From Rhodosorus marinus CCMP1338 (Eukaryota > Plantae > Rhodophyta): 64,000 nucleotides of DNA. How positions within the stretch are numbered: the stretch's first letter is position 1; the number at the start of each line of letters is the position of its first letter. The DNA lies in the NCBI GenBank assembly GCA_029953675.1, contig JAMWBK010000010.1, positions 1,488,001 to 1,552,000 on the forward strand, read 5' to 3'. The notes beneath the pieces are model-generated. The model made no database searches. It was not told the origin of the DNA and saw only the letters and a list, made by a program, of their open reading frames with translations. This document shows, piece by piece, positions 1 through 11,720 of the stretch. The position numbers and the translations under genes are program-made.

Positions 1-336
1 GGTTGCACTGCTCTCAAGAGGTGCTTTTTAGAGTTCTGCACTCTGTGATTGAGCAAACGGCATGGAGAAAGACTTATGGGGCTAACTGGTTTTGTGGTGG
101 CTGTAGAACGGTATTCAGCTGGCAACTGTGCACATGATGGATCACTGCAGGCTTGAAATAAAGAATCTTATTGTATTTAATTGGTATGTTCAGAATAGTG
201 GCTCACTAGAACAAGCAGTCTTATCTATGGAGTCATTTACAATTGTGAATGGTGCATTCTCAGCATGTCCGAATCGAATATTTCAAGTAGTTTCGTGCAC
301 CAATTTTCCATCATAGCTGTACAAATTCCATCCACT

Positions 337-714
337 TCATGGGGAAATCAGCGCTTCGATTCGCATCTTGTTAAGGGAGCGAGTCTGAATCTGAGGGCTT
401 GCCTCATCGCAGCTTGCTGATTGTCCCTCTGCGTCGTGCGAGTGGGACAGGGCGTGGCTCTTCAGACTCGACCTCCATCGAAACTGTTTCTTGCAACCCG
501 GACACGCAAAGGGAGTTGCCCCGGTGTGTATTCTCATGTGCACGCTCAAGTTCCACCTCTTACGGAACGCTCTATCACAGCCTTTCTGAGGGCAAAGGTA
601 GATCTTTCCCTTGTCCTCCTTCAATTTTACCGGTTCCATCCCCTTCAAATCGTTCAAATCGCTCAAATCGCGTATATCCCTCACAACAACTTCAACGGGC
701 TCTTCTATTCCCAT
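337..714 (-). CDS. C2H2 zinc-finger transcription factor (two fingers)
   Basis: CPQKGCDRAFRKRWNLSVHMRIH, a TGATPF linker, then CPGCKKQFRWRSSLKSHALSH. First in-frame ATG is at 714 (the ORF track starts at a TTG at 729). Confidence 0.88.
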   Translation of the reverse strand: MGIEEPVEVVVRDIRDLSDLNDLKGMEPVKLKEDKGKIYLCPQKGCDRAFRKRWNLSVHMRIHTGATPFACPGCKKQFRWRSSLKSHALSHSHDAEGQSASCDEASPQIQTRSLNKMRIEALISP

Positions 715-2845
715 GTCGCATGTCACCAACCGAGAAACGAGTCTAACACTTAGTAGCTAAATTGACTCTCTCGCATCAGAAAATGATTCAATTCTGCCCT
801 CTCACCCTCAACTCGCACTCGCAGCAGATCATCAAGCTACGCTTGAGCTTTAAATAGTCCTTTCACACCTTTTTCGCTGGCAGGCACATCCCAGGTGTAG
901 TAGACACTGATAGTAGTCCACCCAACTCCTGAACGCCTACATGACGAACTACCCGCCGACCACAACATCAATAGTCGCCTATATATATTTTGTACAAAAC
1001 AACATTCTAACATCAGGCAGGCCATCCTAACCTTTCCACAAAACGAATTGCCCGACACCTTAGCCAGCAGCCAGCCAGAAGCCAGCCGGCCCGATTCCAA
1101 TCACATAACAAAACACAAAAAAAAGTCCCCGGGGTAGGAATTTCCAAATTACACTGTACATTATTCCTCATAAATAAAACTACCCCTCCAATACCAGCCA
1201 TAAAAAAACCTTAAACAAACATATTTATTAGTTTAAAATCTATCTACCTCTTTTACATTTTTTTTTGTTACCCCTGATCAATAATATATTTGAAACCCTG
1301 GATTCGGAATGATCATCCATCTCCTACCCCTAAAATCTATATCAAACTAATTTTCCCAGAGTTTGGGTATCCACCTGTAGAAGCCGAAGATACTCAGCTT
1401 CAATGGTCCGCGGTAAATTATTTTTTTTTAGAGCTGTATGGCTTCTGACTACGTTGCCTGATTAAAAAATACTGCACAATGACACAAGGGCTATCACAAA
1501 CCCCCTCTGCTCTCGTGGAGCTTTTTTTTACTAGGGTGGGTCTCTGGGGGGGGGGAGTCGGGGGAAAAAGCTTGCTGCTGCGCCTTTAGCCAGCATAGGA
1601 AAAATAAATGGGTCTTGCAGAAATTTTGATGCCGAGGAGGATAGTAGGGGTGGGAACGGTGAGCAAAGTTTTGTCAATAGTAAAAATCAATCTAACAATA
1701 TGGGTGTGAACTTGAAATAAATTTAAAAATACATGAAGTCAGTACAACGAGAATCAAATATGTTCTATGAAAAAAGGATAAGTTTGCGAGTTGGATTGAA
1801 ACTGGTGGCAGCGAGAAACAAAAACGGAAAGGGGGGGGGGGGGTGGGCAAACGCTCTGCATGAAGAACAAATTTTATTTTCTTTTTTTTCTGTGAGGAAC
1901 TGAGTTGTACGTTTACTGGTAGTCAAAGCTTGAGTCAGCCATATGATGAAATTGTGTTTTTGTTGAAGAGGGGGATATTTGTGTTAATGGGATGCTTCTA
2001 AAACTACTTAAATACATTTTTATCAGTGTTGTTGTTTGGATCTAAGAGGGGTGGAGTTCTTTTCATCTCACTTGTTCCTTAAGTTTCTCCTCAACGAACG
2101 ATCGGCGGAAAAAAGAACAGACAAAAAAAGGGCAGAGCTGCAACAAGAGCTAGCGAAAAAAAAAAAAAAAGGACGACGTTTTTTTTAATTTTCTTTTGAA
2201 GGTATGTATACGAGTGGGAAAATAAGAACTATTCAAGAATGGCAGTGGGTCAAGCGAATAGTTTTTGAAAATCATGTGAAATTACGCTAAGTCGATTCCA
2301 GGGTTCACCGGTCTGTTTTTCGAAAACTGTTAATTAATTGGGCTCCCGTCATAAAAACATTGAAAAATAATAAGAGAAAAATAAATGGAAATACAAGTCC
2401 TCATGACGGTGACAGCTTCTGGATACTAGAATAGCTTTACTTTTTTCGGTGGATTGTATTGTATTGTTAGAACCTACGATTTTATGAACTGATAGATCTA
2501 GAAAATATAATACTTTTCCAAAGAATGATCATATTTGTTTTAGAAAGTCTATCTTTCTCCCAGCTGACAGCCCGACCTCGAAGTTCGTCAAACCCGTCAG
2601 AGACTGGGAGAAGGGGTGTGTGAATGTCAATATTTAAAGTAATTAAATATGCTTTAGCCCTTTATATTTGTCCGCGTGTCCTTCTTTGTCATTAATGAGT
2701 TTTAGTAGAAAATGCGTGGAGTACTGGATTGTGTGTGTGGGTATTGCGGAGGGAGTGAGGACGTTGATGCACATTTCTTGTTCGTTCTTTTTTGGAAAAA
2801 AGTGAAGAACGGAGATGTGGGCTCTCAATGTGGTGAGTTTTCGTT

Positions 2846-3350
2846 TCATTCGGAATGGATTTGCCTTGAGCTTTTTGGGTTGGGGTTAGCACAAGTGGAA
2901 GAAGAAGGTGAGAGGGAGGGATTGCGGACTGCGGTGACCGGGAAGGGAAACATTGCCCTATAGGGATATACACACCCACCCGGGGTTTTAGTAGGCGTTT
3001 GGTCATCCAAATATCTTCCTCTCTTGTGTCTAGAAAACGCTTTTCTCTTGTAGTAATTTTCCACGGCGACCGTTGCTGAGACATCTGGAATCCGGTGACG
3101 GTGAGGCGTACCCAGTCTGAGCGGTTTTTTTCGTGAATAAAAGAAGTATCTCATCGACGGGCTGTACACGTTCTCAAGCTGTCCAATAGCACTGAAAGTA
3201 TGAGCCCCGTAGTCTCCGTCGTCATCTCCCGGGTGTGGCCCTTCCGTCTCGTCCTGGAGAACAGATATGCAGCCGGGGTGGGGGTGGGGGGTTGGGGGAA
3301 GGGTCAGACGAGAAACTAGCACAACCACGTACAATGATCATATGACTTGA
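2846..3350 (-). CDS. Possible hypothetical protein (unverified)
   Basis: 162-codon open frame with a plausible intron (GTACGT donor, CTGAC branch, TTCTCCAG acceptor) joining MSSHMII to DETEGPHPG. No family recognised, and the C-terminal part could be the antisense of a G/T-rich leader. Confidence 0.25.
3275..3298 (+). repeat. G-run tract, potential G-quadruplex
   Basis: ggggtgggggtggggggttggggg: four runs of 4 or more G with 1-2 nt loops. Confidence 0.7.
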
Positions 3351-3759
3351 CATCAACAGACATCTGGGTGCCTTGCGCCCAAACTATCGCACCGTCGCAG
3401 GAGCAAAATCACGTCCCTCCGCCGGAACTACCACTTTGTTGTATAGCCCCAAACTGCAAGTCTTGATTTCCCAATCGAGGACAAGGAACCTTCATTTTTT
3501 GGTTAATTAATATTATCCAGTCAATATTTTAATGTATGAACTCTTGTATTTTCATTACAATAGGTGGACTCAAACGCGAGGCTTACTATTATTGGTGAAA
3601 ATGAGATATGCGTTCATATTATTAAATATTTTCACAGTACAGAAAATTTGAAAAACAGACACTTCGTGGGCGTCGTGGGCGTGTGCTTATTAGGGACTGG
3701 GGGAGGGATTTTGGAGGATTGAGGTTGTGCTTCATTGAAAAGGAGGCGGGCAGTTCGAC

Positions 3760-4600
3760 ATGACTGACAGGAATGCCCTTTTGGAACGTGATAGTGGAGG
3801 TCGATCAACAGATAATAATGGACAAAATAGAAGCTGGAGCTTGTGCGAACTCCTGTGATAGCGCTTTGACTTCGGTGTTTCATAGCGATTTTGGCCCATG
3901 CGGGCACAGTCCTTTATGTTTATGTTTCTTTCGTTATTGTGGAGCAGAAAACTCTAGCTCAGCTGCTGTTGAGTTTTATTGGACCGGATCCGTTGGGCTG
4001 CACTTCTCTGAGACTTGTTGTGGCCGGTTTGGGCTTCAACGGAAGAAGAAATGAAATCCACTGGTGTCCACAGTGGATTTCATTCGTTTCGTGACTCTTT
4101 TCCTTGTGTCTCCATACTTGGAAATTTTTGAGGGTTGCATTGCCTTGTTCTGCTTGACTGGGGGTGGATTCTTTTTGTGGGCTGTCCAAATCGTAGCTAG
4201 CCAAACCTGCTCCCAGAAAGGCGGACTTTTTCAATGCTTGGCCTCAGATGAGCTAGCCCAGATTTACCTCCTGAAGATAGTAGACCTTGACCGTTCTCCT
4301 AGCAGTACGCACCACCGTGTGGCAGAACCTATGCAAGCCCCTCGACACTAACTTTCCACTCTGGGAGAAGATCGCAAGCGCCACCGAGGGGTTCACAATA
4401 GGCAGTACCGACTCAAGGTTACAGAAAAGGATTTGTGTGTCTCCCCGCAGGTTTCGTTGGAGTCCGTAGGCTGTTTGTGGGCCTCGCTCCCGTTATATTT
4501 GTATGACGCGTGGATAGCACTTTCTGCTTGCCCGTTGGTGACGATGACGAGGCTCGTACCCAATGGAAGCATCAGTTCGACGCTAGCTGTTAGGCTACCA
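3760..4600 (+). pseudogene. Possible decayed multi-transmembrane gene (weak XK-related resemblance)
   Basis: G-rich leader and ATG at 3760. Hydrophobic segments are spread over all three frames with stops. A 1-nt correction gives NAWPQMSLAQIYLL, resembling the XK-family ExxPQxxLQxY motif. Confidence 0.22.
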
Positions 4601-4685
4601 CTAGAGTCCTAACAACCTCTAGAGTCCTAGCACTAACCCTCGAGGGCAATCCCGTTATCCGCAGCGATCTTCCACAAGTCCCTTT

Positions 4686-7098
4686 TCACAGCTCGAGAAC
4701 ACTCGTTGTGGCATTGGCCCCATTGAAGATAATCGTATTCTTCACAGGAACAAACTGCCTTGTAAGCAGCTTTACACTCTCCTGGGCGATAATTCCGCCT
4801 AGTATTGATGCAACACTGTGGATTTCGCTTCCGTCATAGCGTAAAAACTGATAAGGGCAACAAAAAAAAAAGCCAGCCGAGGCTGCGCTGTAAGCAGGTT
4901 TTGTTCGTTTCGTTATGTACTGCCGCCCTCTCCCCCGCCAAAGGCACACACACAAACTCGATTATTCCCTACCTCCAACAGCCCCTCCCGCCAAATATTT
5001 ACAGAACCGGGAGGCATGCCCATCTCGCTGAGGATCTGCATGGACTTTGCTTGAAGTTCGACAAAGTGCTTCGAGCTGTCCTCGACAATGTTCCCTAGGG
5101 ACTCCGACAAGTACATGTCCACTGCACGAAAGAATATATACAAATGCGCGATGCTACTCTCCTCCTTTAAAGCGCGCTCCAAGTCAGCCGAGCAAGACTT
5201 GAGTTCGTCCTCCAGTGGACGAGTCCTTTTTGTAACGGTGATCCAAAACCACAAGACAAAGACTCAGAACAATTTGGCAGTAGTCCGCGGTTGGGTGAGC
5301 TCACTCTGTTACCTCTGAACGCTCAAATATGGCGCCAAATTCGTGAAGTATTGCACTTGTGTAGCCGACATAGTTTCTGTTCTGGTGTCATGCGCTATTT
5401 TATCCACATACGAGGCGATCTTCTCCGAGTCCTTCCGAGATTTAGATTGATAGACCCTCTGGAGACCTACGTAGGACTCCGTATCCGATGTCATGTCCGG
5501 CAACTTCCCTGAGACAGGAAGCCTCCCTACTTAGCAGCAGCGCGGTGGGTGCAGATTGGTTAGAAAATGCGGTCCGGCGGCTTCGGAAGGAGTTTGTCTC
5601 GTGTTCTGGTTTCGGAAGACCTTTCTCGCACCTTCCTCCTCAATGAACTTCCTCACACTGGCTACGAACAGCCAAAACGAGCCGTTCAAAGATGAACTCG
5701 GCCCCCTGCCATCCTCACCCCCTCGTGCGTCGAAAGCTTCGGAGGAGAGAACGTTCCTTTCAGGTGAAAACCTCACCAAGTACGCCTTTCGTAGCGCCTG
5801 ATGATAGAAGAAGGAATCTGTGCTTGAGTGCGGAATCCTTACGCGCAGTTTTTTCTGGCTCTGTTTCCGCCCGCCTTAGTCCGATAAACGCAGGCCGAAT
5901 CGTTGATGTTGTTGTCGCTCACCTCATCAAAGTTTTCCTCTTCGTTGGAACGTCGCCAGCTTTCTAAGAGCTCCCGAATGCCTTCAACATCACGTCTCTC
6001 CACAATTCGCACAAGGCTGTTTCGGTTCTTCCAATCCATTGACGCTTTTACTAGCAGCACAACGTACGGGACGTGCTTGTGACTGAAGTCATCAAGCGCA
6101 TCCAGATCGAACTTGGCTGCGTACTCAACCTATCGAGCAAAGTTCACATCCGAGCTTATTCTCAGCCTTTCTCATATGGAAACCCCATCAACGGTTGGCG
6201 CGCGATGTCGCCTTACCAACTCCGGAAATGGATCTGAGAGACATAAATTTGATAGCTGCTTGCTATCTACGCCATCTCTGCTGTTTTCGATCAAGTGTTC
6301 AGGAACGATGATCCTGACGAGACCAAACAGACCGTTTATTCGACAGATCATGAGTGGGACTTTGGCGCTGTAGCAAGCTGATGCCACTTTCTGAAGCACT
6401 GGACCATAGGAAAGGTCAGCAGCAATGACGAGCGAGTAGGTGCTGAAAAAGTGACCTAAATCTGATTGCAGTGCGTGATAGCGAGATCAGTACATGCGAG
6501 TGAGCTGTGAGATTAGACATGCACCTTCGGTGGAGAGAGATACGAGTCAGAGCTACCTTCGGTGCGATTGAGGACGTCGCTGATGTCCTCAGAGACATAG
6601 TTTCCCTCCACTGCATGGTTCAGATCGCGAAGTAGCATTGAGCAAGCCTCAGCGCGGTTGACATTCTTCCTGACCTAGAGTGCGAAAAGATCAGAGGCTT
6701 AGTACGAGACATAATACAAAGGTACGTGAAATTCTTCGTGCTCTGACTCTTGGAAACAATGTTTTCTTGGCAAACAACGGACCTGGTCCTCCGTGACGAA
6801 AAAGTTCCGCCCAAGGTCGCGAACAGTACAGTTCTTTCCATCAATCAAAGTGAACGCACCAATGCCCGGGAGAACGAGACTCTTCAGGGACTCAGTTCCC
6901 AGCGCAGACGAGTTAATCACACAAACATGAGCATCTTCAAGTCTCTCCTGTCCAGCATCTCCCCAAACCCTACCAGTCACATACCGGAAAGTACCAATCT
7001 TGAGCACCAACCAAACAAACAAATAAAATGACGCTTTTCGACAGAGATCTTTCTCATCCAAACCTTATCTGACGATCGTATCTCTCAGCTCGATCCAT
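4686..7098 (-). CDS. NAE1: NEDD8-activating enzyme E1 regulatory subunit (APPBP1/ULA1/AXR1), multi-exon
   Basis: Exon 1 MDRAERYDRQIR, then WGDAGQERLEDAHVCVINSSALGTESLKSLVLPGIGAFTLIDG, RIIVPEHLIENSRDG and the terminal EIHSVASILGGIIAQESVKLLTRQFVPVKNTIIFNG. Confidence 0.93.
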
Positions 7099-7273
7099 CG
7101 CCGGAAGTAGCGACAGATCAACCCGAACAACTTTGCAAAAACAGCAAGAGAGAAAAGCCAAGACTCCAGTTCGGTGTCTTCCCAAACCATGAACTAAGCT
7201 ATTCAGCACTCTTCCCAGTCGAACAGACTGACCTTGTTGTCTTCCATTGATCTGCAACTCGCTTCGCCTGCAC

Positions 7274-8010
7274 TTACCTACACTCGTGACTTTCTTCCGC
7301 ACCCGGCATCGTATAGAACTTCCTCTGGAGTGCCCACCACAAGAGAGGCTCTGACAATCGGCCTACTGCGTAGGAGAAGGACGAGATGAATATGGGATGG
7401 TTGGAGAGGCGGTAGAGATGTTTCATGATGCATTGAATGGATAGCTTGCTCATCTTCATCCTCTCCGACTCCATGCCGGATCATCGTCCTCACGCAGACG
7501 GCTCAGTCAAGCATGAGAGTCTCGTACAATCACCACGACGGGATGATTTTTTGGATTGTTGGAGAGGTAGAAGAGATGGTGCAGCAATTTGATAATCAAC
7601 CATTGCCCCCTTTTATAGTCTCCGCTTTCTGCGGTGCTCCCCATCCATATCACGTCGTCCCGCAGAGCTCTTTAGCATGTCTGTTCGGGATGGTGCTTAC
7701 ACCGTGTCTGCGGGGGAGGATGAGATGATCTTGGGATGTGATAGTTTATGAGTATCTACAGAGAATGGCTTTGTTTCCTTTCATATGATTATACACATAG
7801 CATAGCTTTGCACCGCTTTGGAGCTGTTTTGCTATTTCTCCTCGTCCAGCTCACGAGTTGGTGATAATCCCAGGCCGACAGGATAGGGAAGGCTGAGATG
7901 ATCAAGAGCATGCCCATGAATATCAGAGTTGCCTTTGATACAATAGTGTGCAGATTTATATAGAACTAATAGATATGACCGATGGTAATTGAAAGTGCAG
8001 TAAGGACACC
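7274..8010 (-). CDS. Unresolved multi-exon hypothetical gene
   Basis: Exon-like frames ATLIFMGMLLIISAFPILSAWDYHQL, RALRDDVIWMGSTAESGDYKRGQWLIIKLLHHLFYLSNNP and MSKLSIQCIMKHLYRLSNHPIF are bounded by plausible splice sites. No family recognised. Confidence 0.3.
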
Positions 8011-8344
8011 AGTCACCAGCGCTCTAGTTTGGCCTTGCCAGAATGTTTGGGCTGCCAAAGACTGGCTGACAGATTAAAGCGTCACGGTCACGGTTTGGAA
8101 TTCACCTTCTCCGTACTCTTGCTTCCCTGTAGATTTGCTTCCGTGTCTCTTGGAGCAGGCGGTCCATTCGCTCGCTTTCCGTTTCTTCCTTCGGCTTCGG
8201 CTTCGGCTTTGGTGGGTTGGCAGCTCCACCTTGGGTTTTGCCGGTTTCCTTCCTGCGCAGATAGAAAGCGGACACGACTTTTCAATTAGCAAGCAACATG
8301 CGCCTTTTTGGGCGGGGAAGGGGGGAGGATGGAAGAGATTCATC

Positions 8345-8611
8345 TTACACGTCTTTGTGCATCATCTCATCCTCAAACTGTGCAGCAGTCAGCTGTCCAT
8401 CAAGCCTCTCGCCATCTTTGTTAAAAACTGAATACGCGCTCATACCCGACGCTCGATTTCCCAATCCCACAGTCAGCAATCCAACAAGGATAGACAAAGA
8501 TATATACAATGCCAAAGCCTTGTTGTGCCAAACACCAACAGCAAAGCCCCCAGCAGCCCAGGCGATTCCTAAACCAGTCCACCCAGCCACTCCCATCCTC
8601 CCCAACGCCAT
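8345..8611 (-). CDS. SAYSD1: SAYSvFN-domain membrane protein (core exon; more exons likely on both sides)
   Basis: Transmembrane segment followed by GMSAYSVFNKDGERLDGQLTAAQFEDEM. A GTAAGA...GCGCAG intron could extend the C-terminus into KETGKTQGGAANPPKPKPK. Confidence 0.85.
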   Translation of the reverse strand: MALGRMGVAGWTGLGIAWAAGGFAVGVWHNKALALYISLSILVGLLTVGLGNRASGMSAYSVFNKDGERLDGQLTAAQFEDEMMHKDV

Positions 8612-9308
8612 CCTCTACACGTTCCAGAACCCAGCTACAAGGATATCCAACTAGTCCATTTGAATCGATGACAATCTAATGCTCTCCTTGTCCTGAACAG
8701 AAGACAGAGCAGTGGCAGGAAACATAAACGCCCTCACCAAACTCGATGCCAAAGCAGCCCTTTGTACGCAATACACTGTTCCTAGTGTCCCATGCGGCGC
8801 TGGGACATTTTTCCAGATCGGCATTGAGGGTCAAGGTTTTACAACGACCAGGCAGGCTTAATAATGCGCAATGGATATTCCTGCGATGATACCTGATTGA
8901 TGGTATCGAGGCAAAAGACGGGCATCCTGAGGCGCTGGTTCTGCGCAGTTCATGGGTCTCCGATTTCTCGTCCGTGGTGCTGTAGCGCCAAACACCGCCC
9001 GTGTGGCGGGAGAACGCATAGATCCTGCAGGGGGCACAACCCTCGTTGAAAGAACCATTTCTCTGCGCCCAAGATGCTTTTCTGAACGGAATTTCGCGTC
9101 ACACCCAATTGGGCACGCATCGATTTAATAGTTACACTGTTGCCGAGCTTTTGTACAGTTCTAGGTCTTGGGTTAGAATTCTTGTCCGAATACCTGACGG
9201 GAAGGGTGGCCAACGAATGAATTTAAGCTGTACAACGGGTCGAAATGGCTCTGTAGATCCCCGGGCGTCTCCCTCCTGGAATCCGTACAGTGTAGCGGAA
9301 CGTAATCG

Positions 9309-10543
9309 CTATGCATGTTTCGCTGTTTCCTTCGCATCCTTAAACGCTAGTCTCTCTCTGTATTTGACCAAGGCGTACAAAAGAGAGCCGAACGCACTGA
9401 TACAAGAGCCGATTCCAGTTCCTATCTCCTTGCAAAGGAACATGTGTCAAGACAGTCCAGGTGTTGAGTGGTGTCCATCTTACATACGGAGTCACGTGAT
9501 CCACGTCGTTTCAGATATGTGCCGCTTACCGGTTGATATGAAACCAGAGTCAAACACTGTAAAGCTAATAACCATGAGGACAACATCTTTCATCTGAGCA
9601 GTGATTGTATGAGTTAGTGGCGAGTTTCTAGAAGTGTTGTCGTATGTGCTGTGGTTAAGAACGAATCCCATCAACGACGACGCAAGCAGGGTGCCAAAAA
9701 AAGGCTTGCTGCCGTTTCCTTCCAAAATATACGCGATTCCATCCGTCATCTATTTGATCAACGAGCAACAGCTATTCAGCCCCAAGTTGCATTCTCGAAT
9801 GCAGACTTGCGCACCTGCGTATACTCACCTCTCCGCAAAGGTATGATAGCAGCGCCAGGGGTACTATGCTTAGCAGGCTAGTTAGGGCCAAAAGCTGCAA
9901 AGAATCAATAGTGCTGTCCTGGTGGCTCTTCTTGATGAGAACTACATACATGGAGGTTGATATATTGGCAAGTATCGCAAGCATGTACCTGTCCAGGGTC
10001 ATTGGGAATGAAACCGTGAGAAATTCTGCACCTCGGACTACCCGCAATAAGCAAGCACTTTGTCTTTTGAGAGTCAAGACGTCCACATAGCTCGTACCCT
10101 CTCAAGTCGAAAAGAAAATCTTTCGAGCCTGCGACAAGCGCTCCGGTGACGACCACCACTACTGACAGAAGCACTTGCGCATTAAACGCCTTTCCGAGAA
10201 GCCAGCATTCGAAAACCAATACCCAGAGACTAGACGTCCTTCGCAACGTACTGAACATTAGCAGGCTAGTCAGGTTCATGGCACTCATGGAAGCCGTCAT
10301 GTTCATAAAGTAGGAGAAGGTCAGCCCAGCCAAAGGTCTCCAAGGCGGATTCGACGGCTTCCGCACCAGTCCACAAGGAATTAGAACCGAAAATATTAAA
10401 ATCGTCATCAAATTCTGGAAAGTCAGGATCAACGTCGGAAAGTGAAAGCCATACGAACTCATCAACGACTTGTTTAGGGTCGAGATGAGAATTGATGACG
10501 AGAGATAGTAGAATCCCCCAATCACGGATCGTAGCTTTTCCAT
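9309..10543 (-). CDS. Nucleotide-sugar transporter, SLC35D/GONST (TPT/EamA) family, multi-exon
   Basis: YYLSSSILISTLNKSLMSSYGFHFP, MFSTLRRTSSLWV, FVLNHSTYDNTSRNSPLTHTITAQMKDV; last exon GSCISAFGSLLYALVKYRE with stop at 9309. Confidence 0.9.
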
Positions 10544-10826
10544 TCCGTATCCTCCGCACCTCTCTCTCTCTCTCCCTCTCAAATTTTTAACCAGTTTCCA
10601 TCGATCCCAAAAAAAAATTCCATCCTGGTTCACTGCCGTACCTTTTCCAAATCGATACGAAGTCAGTTGAACCCTCAAGAATGTACTAAGTCTTCTAGCT
10701 CAGCGTGAGAGGATCGACACACCTAAAACAACGGAAGAATTTTGATCGTATCAGATTCTATCCAATGAAAATTCGTAACAGCAAACTGCATGATAAATTC
10801 TGATATATAAATAATCCATATATCAC

Positions 10827-11500
10827 TTTTTTTTTACTTACTATCTTTATATTTTTTATCTATGAAGAGGCTTAAGAGAATGCCACGTGTCCGTAGACAG
10901 GGGAAGGAATTTGTTTTGAGTATGGCCAATTATACAGATACGCGTGTCTCGAAAGGACTTTCTCGGTTGACCTGTTGCTCGTTCCCAGTTGGGTACGTTA
11001 GTCTGGGGTGGTTACGAGGAATCAGCCTTCCCGATTGGAGGCTTGTAATGCAAGGAGTAAGAAGTAAAAGCACAACTACTTCAATGAATTTCTAACATTC
11101 AGGTTCGGGATGCTCCAGCCTTCAGGACTACCCTCGGGTTACTCCTCCAAAGACGTCTGTTTAGGGCCGCCATTGGGCTCGTGAGATAGGGGTAGAACCG
11201 GGATCCAAATGCCGCTTGAAGGATCGGAGAACGGTCACCGTGGCCCTCTCGCTCAGCCGTCCCAACGCTTCCAGAGCGATCGGGAAAAAGTTGTCGATTG
11301 CCGGAGGACTCCCAGCATACTTATGGATGTTCCGAAGAGCAGCGTCGTAAGGGGCGACGCACGGTCTAGCAGCAGTGCGTTGTACTAGTGCAGCATGTAG
11401 GGGGCTTGCTACAGTGACATCGAAGAGCAGCAGGCCCGGGTTCGACACTCACCCGCTGATTCCTCATGAGACCTGCGGAAGTACGACGAGTTGTAGTCCG
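10827..11500 (-). mobile_element. 5'-truncated, decayed non-LTR retrotransposon with a restriction-like endonuclease (CRE/R2-type)
   Basis: LLFDVTVASPLHAALVQRTAARPCVAPYDAALRNIHKYAG...FFPIALEALGRLSERA fits the RLE motif order DVT...KxxKY...FxPxAxExxG. A frameshifted LWRSNPRVVL tail follows (compare LQRGNA), and there is an A-rich tract near 10827-10860 on the minus strand. Confidence 0.72.
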
Positions 11501-11720
11501 AGATACAGGTGGCCAATGCGATATACACGATAAATTCTTTTGCGTTTAGTAGTCAAGGGTTCAGTCACACTCGACACGAAGCTCAAGCTCATACAGAAGA
11601 CTAGAGTTGATTGCCCTATGCCCCACAAGGACCAGCAAACCATTCGCGTGATGCAGAATTTTGCTATTTGTATCTTTGCAAGATCAATACCAATTTACTA
11701 TTTATACATCTTGAAGCAGA

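Noticed and set aside
2890-2912. Micro-exon-like HKWKKK, suggesting ribosomal protein eL41
   Set aside because: No downstream exon encoding the RRLKRKRR part could be found.
2712-2963. ORF with CVCGYCGGSEDVDAHFLF, resembling a LINE zinc knuckle
   Set aside because: It lies in a G/T-rich tract that naturally encodes C/V/G/F/W, and there is no RT or endonuclease nearby.
4601-4630. ctagagtccta direct repeat x2; also aggagttcgtc x2 near 48155
   Set aside because: Only two short copies without spacers, so these are simple local duplications, not CRISPR-like arrays.
9046-9597. 183-aa + strand ORF
   Set aside because: It overlaps the last exons of the SLC35D transporter on the opposite strand and has no recognisable motifs.
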